64,000 nt of DNA from Chrysomallon squamiferum (lineage: Eukaryota > Animalia > Mollusca), in the NCBI GenBank assembly GCA_012295275.1, contig CM022671.1, forward strand, positions 28,706,001 to 28,770,000. The letters are read 5' to 3'. The notes beneath the pieces were generated by a model, which did not search any database, was not told the DNA's origin, and saw only the letters and a list, made by a program, of their open reading frames with translations. Positions within the stretch are counted from its first letter, which is position 1. Each line of letters starts with the position of its first letter. Positions 1 through 10,279 of the stretch are shown in pieces. Position numbers and translations under genes: made by a program.

Positions 1-1595
1 AATCACCAGTTGTACACAATTAAAATAACATTACAGCTGTAAATAACAATAACAAAAACTATTTCCTCTCACACACTCAGTCACACTCATTCACACTCAC
101 ATGCATGCATACTTATTTATTTGGAATATTCATATATATTTACAATATTTTATAGTATTAATTCTTTTATCCATTTCCATGATTTATCTATATTGATTAT
201 TTGTAGCTTTCCAAAGGATATTTGAAAATAAGTATGTCATCTTTTAGTTCTAGGAAAATATTGTTCTTAACATATTTGTTAATAAAAATTGAAAGTTTGT
301 TTTGAATACGATATTGATTTAGAATGATTTTAAAGCACTGATACATATAATTTCTAAAAAAATGTATTATATTGATATTTGTTCCTTTCATTTGAGCTAT
401 TACACGCCTTTTGAACACTGTTATTCTATAAATTGAAAGAATAATATTAATAAATTCTATTGTACTATTTTCAATTTTGAGGTAACATCCAAATATTAAT
501 AATCTTTTTAATTGTTCTAGAGAAAACCCTGTTTTCTTAAATATATAAATACATATTTCATGAAAGATTGATATTAATTCCTTCAATTCTTCACAATACA
601 AAAATAAATGGCACAAATCTTCATCATCCTTCAAACACACTGGACATACACTAGATGAGATTTTGCCATATTTATATAATTTGTTATATGTATATATTAT
701 ATGATGAACTATTCTAAAATCTAAGTCTATAAATTCAGTAAATTTATCACTATAGTGTATCCATTTCCAAACTGGTCTCCAGAATATATTAAAACCAAGC
801 TCATTCCATTTTTCTTCACAAGTTGGTGCTTTAAAGTTTTTAAAATTAAAATAGAATAAATTATTTTAACTGTAAATTTACTGACATTTATCATTTCATT
901 ATTCTGAAACAAAAATAAATCTTTATTAGAAGTTAATTTTTTAGCATTTCTGTTAATAGAACTTTTCCATTCATCTGGAAGTGATTTCTTAATAACATTG
1001 TAAGCTATATAAATTTGGTTTTTGGATAATTCTGGAGATTTTTCATGAATAATTTCTACAATAGCTGTAAAAGGAAGAAAACCTGGTATTACTTCATAAG
1101 CAATATCAGCCACTTTGACTATTCCACTTTTTATAAAAGAACTAAATAATAATAATTTGTTTTTATATTTGATGAATGGATTTTGAAAAAGTGGCTGAGA
1201 CAATATTTCATCTGTATCAAGTGGGAAATTACGTTCTCCATTATTAACATAGTCCCAAGCTGATAACATTTCAGCATAAAAGGGATTGATAACTTTTAAA
1301 GCTTCTTTACTGTATACTATTTTAAAAATGTCATAATTTAGATTCATATTCATATATTTTTCAAGAAATATTGACATTGTATATTTCCACACATTTTTAA
1401 AATTATTATCAAAATATTTCTTTAACATTTTTATTCGAAAAGCCATTTTCTTTAATGAAATATCTTGAATATTTAGTCCACCCGACATTTTATTTCCAAT
1501 TATTGTTGAATATTTTATTAAAGATGTTTTCCCTTCCCACATAAATTTACAAAATAATTTATGAATTTCATTTTCTACCCAATTTGGTACACTAA
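1..1595 (-). mobile_element. 5'-truncated non-LTR retrotransposon (L1/Tx1-like LINE): ORF2 C-terminal part plus 3' UTR running off the window's left edge
   Basis: ORFs 727-1599 and 197-640 join through a 1-nt frameshift in the A-run at ~837-845 (second frame reads NFKAPTCEEKW...DFRIVHHII...CPVCLKDDEDLCHLFLYC). Contains post-RT motifs FCKFMW and GGLNI, a QPLFQNPFI motif and the C-terminal CCHC zinc knuckle typical of L1/Tx1 ORF2. Stop at 197. Homology to host tRNA-flank DNA starts abruptly at 1593. Confidence 0.85.
197..1595 (-). pseudogene. Frameshifted, 5'-truncated LINE ORF2 (RT C-terminus plus CCHC zinc-binding domain)
   Basis: Translated motifs as for the LINE; no endonuclease or core YADD RT motif is present in the window; single frameshift near 840. 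Confidence 0.8.
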
Positions 1596-1845
1596 CCATC
1601 TAATGTTTCAGTGAAAGCCTTAAATACCTTTAGCTTAACCAGGCAGCCGTCTAGAACGCACACGTAAGAGGGGTGCATTACTGGCCTTTAAGGGTCACAG
1701 TTTTGTATAACCATGAATATATAAAAAAAAACATATATATCGGTAATTGTTCATTGTTCATAATAGTTAAAGAGAGTAAATCGTTAGTTCTAAACCAGTT
1801 TATTATTTTCAACAATAACAGTATTGTTAAACTGAAATCAAGATT
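1593..1845. repeat. Paralogous copy of the 5' flank of tRNA-Val(CAC) (matches 2906-3130)
   Basis: taaccatctaatgtttca...cctttagcttaaccag...gcattactg..cctttaagggtca...aaccagtttatta..ttcaaca.taacagtattgttaaa aligns colinearly with 2906-3130. Confidence 0.9.
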
Positions 1846-2446
1846 GGTTATGTTTGCACCTTAAAGCCTTATGCTAGTTATGGTGCTGTTAAAATTAATA
1901 TATCAGTTTTCAAGTTTTGTGCTTTCTTATTTCATTTTTTTTATTTATTTACCGTTTTGATTTTGATTTTAATTTAATTTGTTTAATTAATTAATTTATT
2001 AATTTATTTTTATTTCATTTTTATTTCATTTTTTATTATTATTATTTTTTCCGGAGCATGAGATGTCACATCAATCACAAGCAGCAATGAATTTTTGTAA
2101 TTATTTAGTATATTAACACATGATTTTTTTAAATTTACACAATATCCTTTTAATAAGTAACTGTTCAGTAATGTATTTTAAAATGGAATTATGTGTGAAA
2201 TAAATGTTAAAAATATATTATTGGATAACGAAAAAATAACAACAGATAGAACCGTTTAATAATAATAATAATAATAATAAAAATCTAATTAAAATAATAT
2301 TCTTAGAAGATACATATTATTATTTGTTTTTCTTATTAAAATTGGATTTTACTCGAATAATTATTTCAGCGAGCTTTTAAAACTCATATTAACTTGAAAC
2401 AGTATAATTCGTTAGTGCAACCATCTAAAAATATTAACAAAATTAA

Positions 2447-2519
2447 AGGTTCCGGCGAGGCTCGAACTCGCGACTTTCTGCGTGTAAAGCAGACGTGATA
2501 ACCACTACACCACGAAACC
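2447..2519 (-). tRNA. tRNA-Val (anticodon TAC)
   Basis: Revcomp GGTTTCG TG GTG TAGTGGTTAT CAC G TCTGC TT-TAC-AC GCAGA AAGTC GCGAG TTCGAGC CTCGC CGGAACC T gives a full cloverleaf with A and B boxes; TTTT terminator just downstream. Confidence 0.93.
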
Positions 2520-2824
2520 TACATGTTAAATACAGATATATGATGACAACGTAGTGTTTTTCTAATCTCTCTCACTGTCTTTCTGTCTGTCTCTCTATCT
2601 TCATAATTTCGAACAAGACGAGATTAATCATCATTTAAAAACACTATTAGTTTATAATATCCAATAGCAATGCAGTAAGTTGTCATTGATTGAAGAAATG
2701 TCATCTCATGTTTCTGTGTGTAATCATAAACAAAGCACAAGGTCAGAACGTTAATGTATATTTATTTCTATAACCTTAATAAATATATATAATAAAAAGA
2801 ATAAAAAGGGAAAAAAAGAAAAAA

Positions 2825-2897
2825 AGGTTCCGGCGAGGCTCGAACTCGCGACCTTCTGCGTGTGAAGCAGACGTGATAACCACTACACCACGAAACC
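2825..2897 (-). tRNA. tRNA-Val (anticodon CAC)
   Basis: Same cloverleaf with loop TT-CAC-AC; immediately followed by a T-run (Pol III terminator). Confidence 0.95.
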
Positions 2898-3210
2898 GCT
2901 TTAAATAACCATCTAATGTTTCATTGAAAGCCTTATATACCTTTAGCTTAACCAGTCTAGGACGCACGCGTAATAGGGTTGCATTACTGACCTTTAAGGG
3001 TCAAAGTATATTAAAAGAAACGTATACCAGTAATAGTTCATTGTTCTTAATAGTTTAAAAAGAGTTAATTGTTAATTCAAAACCAGTTTATTATCTTCAA
3101 CACTAACAGTATTGTTAAAGTGAAATCTAGATTTTTATTTTGATAACTTTTCTTAAAACTGGAAACAGTAGAATACGTTAGTATTACAAACAAAATATTA
3201 GCAAAACTAA

Positions 3211-3283
3211 AGGTTTCGGCGAGGCTCGAACTCGCGACCTTCTGCGTGTAAAGCAGACGTGATAACCACTACACCACGAAACC
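3211..3283 (-). tRNA. tRNA-Val (anticodon TAC)
   Basis: Full cloverleaf, loop TT-TAC-AC, perfect acceptor GGTTTCG/CGAAACC; TTTT downstream. Confidence 0.95.
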
Positions 3284-3333
3284 TACATATAAACGTGTGT
3301 AAAATGTAGATCTATGACGACAACATTGTTTTT

Positions 3334-3409
<76 letters not shown>

Positions 3410-3646
3410 AAATATTAGACTGGAAACATTGCTGCATTTCTTTTTTGAGTGAGAGAGAGACAAATAGAAAATCGGAAAAAAACACCACCCACTCACATCA
3501 AGATGGATTTATCGATAATACAGAAACTTTTATTTTAATATGATTAAAATTCGATAAAACGATATTGGTTTTGTTTTCTGGAGGATTTTTTTTTTCTTTG
3601 TTGTTTCATGCTATATACATGTTCATGCGATAAAAAAAAAAAAACT

Positions 3647-3732
<86 letters not shown>

Positions 3733-3997
3733 GAACAAGACGTGATGTCGACCATAAAATTAATATTAGTTTATAGTATCCAATGTCAATACAGTAAGTT
3801 TTTGTCAATTCATTTATTAATTTTATTATTTAAATTCCTAACGAATTAAATTACATCATTCAATAACATGTAAATTAAATATTGTTTCATAATATCTTAT
3901 TTCATAAAAATCACTTTTTAAGCATGTCAAGTTAATAAATATTAGTTTATAAACTATTTTAAAATGAGTTGTTGTACCATATTCATGATACTGTTAT

Positions 3998-4026
3998 GGT
4001 CGCGAGTTCGAGCCTTGCCAAAATCT
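3998..4026 (+). pseudogene. 3' fragment of a tRNA-Val gene (variable loop, T-arm, acceptor 3' strand)
   Basis: ggtcgcgagttcgagccttgccaaaatct matches the 3' ~29 nt of the neighbouring tRNA-Val genes and is followed by a TTTT terminator; 5' half absent. Confidence 0.75.
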
Positions 4027-4191
4027 TGATTTTCTTTCTTGTTCTTTTTCTTCTATTAATTTGTGGCTACTGAAGGAAAAAAAAAAAATCATATGATGAC
4101 ACACCTGATATCAAACTGTTAATATTCGTAATAGTTTTATCAAACTTGAAGTGTCGAATTATCACATATTTAGTGAAATATGATTATAATC

Positions 4192-4264
4192 GGTTTCGTG
4201 GAGTAATGGTTATCATGTCTGCTGAACACGCAGAAAGTCATGAGTTCAAGCCTCGCCGGAATCT
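4192..4264 (+). pseudogene. Degenerate tRNA-Val(AAC) pseudogene
   Basis: Full-length homolog with U33>G (TG-AAC-AC), D-stem GAG/CAT, T-stem ATGAG/CTCGC mismatch and T-loop TTCAAGC. Its 5' flank (4060-4190) is paralogous to the flank of the intact AAC gene (5175-5304). Confidence 0.85.
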
Positions 4265-4269
4265 TAATG

Positions 4270-4303
<34 letters not shown>

Positions 4304-4629
4304 GTTATTATTTATTCATTTATTTTGTTTTGAAAGTCAGAGACAGACAGACAGAAAATAAGGAAAAAAAAAAAAAAAAAAGCCCCCCCACAAGATGGAT
4401 TCATCCATAACATAGAAACGTTTATTTCAATTCAATTAAAATTCCATAAAACGAAACTAGTTTTGTTTGTTTTAGTTTTTTTTTTTTTTTTTTGGTTGTT
4501 GTTGCTGTTTTATGGTATGTACAGTTAGTTATCTAGTAATTTATTCATTTATTTACTTAATCCTTTATTTTAATCTTTCGTATTAGAAAGAAAGAAATAT
4601 AAATAAAGCAATGATAATTGATGGCCTGG

Positions 4630-4810
4630 TAAAATTCATACCTTCTAGACAAAATGTCGATACCTTCTCGATAAAATTCCATACCTTCTAGATAAAATTT
4701 CCATACCTTCTAGATAAAATTCCCTTACCTTCTACATCAAATTCATATATCTTCTAAATAAAAGTCATATCTTTAAAGTAAATGTCATGTATTGTTGATA
4801 AAATTCGGGG
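4630..4810. repeat. ~21-22 bp minisatellite (ATAAAATTCCATACCTTCTAG consensus), about 8 degenerate units
   Basis: Visible tandem units; bracketed by a ~35 bp direct repeat at ~4555-4590 and ~4891-4926. Confidence 0.8.
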
Positions 4811-5304
4811 AAAAGTACTTTGTAGATAAAATATAATCACACTTTCCTGTTAAAAATTCATATTTTCTAGAAGGATTTATCAGTGAGCTTACTTAATCAT
4901 TTATTTTAATTTTTCGTATCAGAAAGCATATATATATATTTAAATTAATTAATTAATTAATTTATTAATTTATGTTACTAAGTAGTAGCAAGTTAACAAA
5001 TGTTAATATTACAGTACAGATATTTTGCATTCAAAGTGTTTAAAATAATTTTTCTATACATTCACGTTTTCACTTTATTTTATGTTTCTATTCTTTTCTT
5101 TTCTTTACTTATTTATTTATTTATTTATTTTATATATTTTTATTATTGTTATTATTATCTTATTTTTGTTGTTGAGTGGCTATAGAAGGCGGAAAACAAA
5201 ATCATATAATGAGGTACCTGATAACTATCTGTTAATATTCGTAATAATTTTATCAAACCAAAAATGTCGTATTACCATATATGTAATAAAATACGCTGTA
5301 TGTA

Positions 5305-5377
5305 GGTTTCGTGGTGTAGTGGTTATCACGTCTGCTTAACACGCAGAAGGTCGCGAGTTCGAGCCTCGCCGAAACCT
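5305..5377 (+). tRNA. tRNA-Val (anticodon AAC)
   Basis: GGTTTCGTGGTGTAGTGGTTATCACGTCTGCTTAACACGCAGAAGGTCGCGAGTTCGAGCCTCGCCGAAACCT; perfect cloverleaf, long T-run downstream. Confidence 0.95.
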
Positions 5378-6050
5378 CTGTGTTGTTTTTTTTTTTTTAA
5401 AAGAACTAACTTCTAAAATTTGTTAACGTCTTCGGCATGCCTAAATAACTTTAATACTATAAAAAATACTTTGTCGAAATATATATGCATTGTTTTTATC
5501 TTATTTTTTAAAATATATTTAATAATGGGGGGAAGAAAGATGCACACACACACACACAAACACACAAACACACATACACACACGCATACACACACACGCA
5601 CACCAACATACATATATTAGCATAAATAAAACGTTAAAGCAAATATGATCTTTATTTATTAAAAATATGCAGGTGTAACAGTATTTGCCAAGCATCTAAT
5701 AAATATAATAATGTATTTATATTTTTAATGAAACAAATCTTAAGGTACGAAAACACAACGAATGATTCGGCGTAACTGTGTTAATGTTAGTCTAATGTGT
5801 AATGTTCATATACCTTCTTGTTCTTTTTTAATTAGCAAAAATAAACCAATCAACAAGAAGAGAAAAACGAGAACACGAACGAACGAACGAACGAACAGAC
5901 TAACAAACAATAAATGAATAAAGAAATAAAGAAATAAACAGAATAGAATAGAATAAAACGAGTATCAGAATAAACAACGGATATCGTCAACATCTTAAAA
6001 ATATAAATTCGTGGCTTTTTTGTTTTGTTTTTTAATTTGTTTCTATCGTG

Positions 6051-6135
<85 letters not shown>

Positions 6136-6790
6136 TATTGGTTCAAACTTTTTGTATTATATTCTATTCTATAACAAATCAAGCGTTCCTTTGAGAACCA
6201 TGTAAAAACGTATTGTTAACAGATTAAGTTTTTAGATTTTTGTTCTCCCGAGTAATTTGTGTAAATTCGACTAAATAAGTTTTAAATGTTAGAAAAATTC
6301 ATATCGATAACAAACAAATAATAAATAAATAAATCCTTCATGAACAAAATATGAATAATATAAGACAATTACTTGTCATATATATGTATGACAAGTATTT
6401 TTATTTTTTATTTTTATTATTATTTTTATTTTTTTTATATATATATATATATACTCTAAATATTTAGTATTCTTCATTAACCTCAGTCAATAAAATACAC
6501 ACGCTCGCGCGCACATACACATTATAGTTATTTTTAATATATAAAAATATCAAAGTACGGAATACACAAATAGCTATGTTACTTTTAAAACACGCAGTCG
6601 GTCCAGTTCGCATTTCTCGATAGCAGTAATCGTTTAGCAACTACTACTTTGACAGCTGAAGCGGACAGTGATGGATTTAAACATAAAAATTAAATTAAAT
6701 GAAGCATATAATTTTCGAACGATCATTAATAAATGTAAATTAATTTTGTCTTTAAATTTAATAATATTTAATATATTTATATTTTTGTAA

Positions 6791-6832
6791 TCTCACGAGA
6801 AGATGCCAACATGACTAAAAGTAAGATGGCCG
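6791..6832 (+). promoter_or_regulatory. Putative GOSR1 core promoter motifs: TCTCACGAGA (TCTCGCGAGA-like) and YY1-like AAGATGGCCG overlapping the start codon
   Basis: Motif match only; both are typical of metazoan housekeeping promoters. Confidence 0.35.
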
Positions 6833-7665
6833 ACATGGGGAACCTGTGGGAAGGTAAACAGAGTAGTTTCTAATGTTCCCGATAATGGCTTCATTTATAA
6901 TACTGGGTTTCGCAGTAGCTTATATTTCAGTCACATTTAACGAAATGAATATAACACAATTTCTGTTTTTGGATGCTGAAGCAACATATTAATGTTTACA
7001 GGAATGACAGATCGTATTATGAAGGATTTAGGATTATTTATAAAAACCAAAACTGCAGTGTGCAAGAAATGACTTGCAGTTTATTGAGCTTATTAAAAAT
7101 CATAATGACAGTTTAAGCTTTATAGACTCAAACATATGACCAGTTTAAATCCAACAAAATACTTTCATAACTTAAAGATCAACATCTGCTTTAGTGATCT
7201 ACGGTTGGCCACTACCATCGTCACTGACACATCGTTACCTTTCAAGATTTCGTTTTAAATTAAAGCAAATGTGTACAAATTGTTATCAACAAGTAACATT
7301 TTATTTGGATGATGAAACCTATACATATAAAATTATTTTGAAAATAGTTGCAGTTAATGAGTTGTACAGTTTACTAGATTCTTCTCTCTGGTTATTTTTC
7401 AATAAATAATAATAAAAGTAATAAATCCTTTTTATTTTTCAGATTTACGGAAACAGGCCCGACAGCTAGAAAATGAAATTGATCTCAAACTGGTTTCATT
7501 TAGCAAACTTGGTACCAGTTATTCCTCACAAAGAGACTTTGACAGGTAAAAATTTGGAGACGTTTTAATTTGTGTCGGAGACAATTTATTACTAACCTTT
7601 TGAAATTATTTTAAAACTGAACAAAATATTACAGTTAAATGAAATTACATTCATGCTTTGTGTTA

Positions 7666-7736
<71 letters not shown>

Positions 7737-8485
7737 AAATAATAACAGTAGTTATTAAGATATATGTGAAAACAAAACAAAACAAGCACTCATCCCACAA
7801 AAAACAATTTATTAAAGAAAGAATAAATTGTTATATTTAATGATAGGCTTAATACTTTTTCAAAATCTTAAGTATAGATAATGGGAGAGAAAATTTGCAG
7901 CCATCTTGCTGTGAACTACTTTTTTTCAGTTGCAGCAATTGGTCTTTTATATCCCTTTCCCTTAGACATCAAAGTGTATACGACACGTTTTGAAAATGCA
8001 GTTCAGGACACTTCCTAGGATAGGAAATAGCCCAGTAGGGCACTAAAAAGGATTGTGAATCCTTAAAAATTTGCTCAGTTAAACAAATTTACTTCCATTA
8101 ACCGATGCCCATGGTTATATGAAAATATGACTTTGTAAAAATTCTGTCATTTTACTTAAAGATAAAGAATCATTTAAAAAGCAAAATGGTTTCCTTATAG
8201 AGTGACTTTATATTCTTGCTTTTAAGAATATTTTCTTCATTTTCGTTTTAAACAGTGCAACACTTGGAGAAAAAAGGTAATAATTTAAATATCCAATCAG
8301 TCATCAGCAAACCTTTCCTTTAAAAGGAATTTTGGTGTATATTGTTATTGGTTTTTTGTTAAAGAAAAACATTTAACGCAAATCAATTTTTGTTTTTTTA
8401 TTAATATTGTTATTGTTATTATTCTTATTCTTATTCTTATTCTTATTCTTATTCTTATTCTTATTCTTATTAATATTAATATTAA

Positions 8486-8530
<45 letters not shown>

Positions 8531-9026
8531 ATATATGCATTTTATTGCTGCTTTTTTTTCTATTTTTAATATAATTAATAAATTTATATTTATTGTCAGA
8601 CTGAAAAGAAATAAAAAATGTGTTTGTTATACATGTAGTACTTATATACTAGGGTATATAAAAGTAATACATTTTAAAGCAGTAATGTTATAATTTTTAA
8701 GATAAATCAAAAAAATTTACCTTTTCTTGTTATCAAATGCAAAGTTCTACAAAAAAATATTAAACAAAGGAAAAGAAAAGATTAATAATATTTAGACATT
8801 TATAGCTTAAATATAAATATATATATATATATATATTTTTAAAGTAATTATATTCTTTTTATTTTTATCTTTTTCTGGTCTAGTAATTAATAAATATTTA
8901 TATTATTATTTATGCATTTATATGCATTTTGGTTGATGTTCTTTATGAAATACAGTTGCATGTACCATATAATGCATGTACTTTTTATTGTTTTAAATTT
9001 TTAAAATATAATTTCTCTCTCTCTGT

Positions 9027-9058
<32 letters not shown>

Positions 9059-10245
9059 CCGGTTAATTGAAGTCCTCCTTTTCTCCTATAAGCTCAATCA
9101 TTGTTTTTTCTATCAGCTTTCTTCAATTTTCAGTCATCACAAAACCATTTTCATGTCATTTATGCAAAACTATTAAACAGAATTCTTGCCAAACATTTTT
9201 CTCCAAATAATTGTGTGTAAGTGTGTGTAAAGTTACATTTACCAAAAATTTGTCCATGTTTCAATTATTTTACATCAGTTAGTGTATATATATTAAATTG
9301 TGTTATAAACATTGCTTGTTACTTAATAAGTTATACATTCTGACATTTTGGTAATAACCATTGTAACTGTATATTTAACATTTCAGAAAATTATATTAAT
9401 GATGTTCTTTAAGCTATTAGAACTTATCATTCTTTTATCATGCCATACTTGTACAAAAAGATATAGATACATATACACACACAGACACATATATGAATGA
9501 ATGACATTCAGTGTTTTGTGTTTGTATATATATTGCTAAGCAAATTGATGTTTTTTAATAAGTGCATGTTGTCTGCTTATAATTAATAGAAAAAAGTCTA
9601 AAAATATATATATATATATATATCTGACTGTAAGATATTTATTTTTATTCTCTGTTATAATAATGTTCTGTTGTTGTTTTGGTGATATAGTCAGTGCAGC
9701 TGTATGGTGACTGGTGTTTTCCTGTTATAATTTGTATTGTTTTTAACCTTAAATTTCTGATATTATTTTGAATTGAATTTTAGTGAATATCAGATTTCTT
9801 TTAAATTCCTGTGTTACAAATATTATGTAAATCTAATTGTATTATATAAATAAAGCAGAACAATTGTTTTTACACCATAAACATTAATAAATGAAATTGG
9901 CAAATTTTTATTATTATTTTAATTTTTATTTTTTTTTTTTTTTTTTTCTCCTCTTGGGGTCTGCGAAAAAGGAATAAAATTGGATTTAAAAAAAAGAGAA
10001 AATAATGCATATTAAGGGGTTACAGCCAAAATGTCTAAAACAATTTTTGTTTTGCTTAAAATTTCTCATATATAAATAATCAAATAAATATTAAGTTTAA
10101 GTGCTACTTTTAAAACAGATGACAGTTTTAATTAATTACAAAATTCTCTGTGTGTAACATTGACAGGATGACATTTCTTCTATACCAACAGTCAGAGCAA
10201 CAAAAACAGTAAAATACCAGACTTAAATTTTATTATCTAACACTT

Positions 10246-10279
<34 letters not shown>

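Noticed and set aside
837-845. Programmed ribosomal frameshift in the LINE ORF2
   Set aside because: A single indel in a homopolymer within a truncated copy is more simply a mutation or sequencing error.
4192-4264. Functional tRNA with a shifted GAA (Phe) anticodon
   Set aside because: Stem register keeps AAC at 34-36; the G replaces invariant U33, and the D and T arms are also damaged.
4630-4810. Possible CRISPR/iteron-like short repeats
   Set aside because: Contiguous degenerate tandem units without spacers; an ordinary minisatellite.
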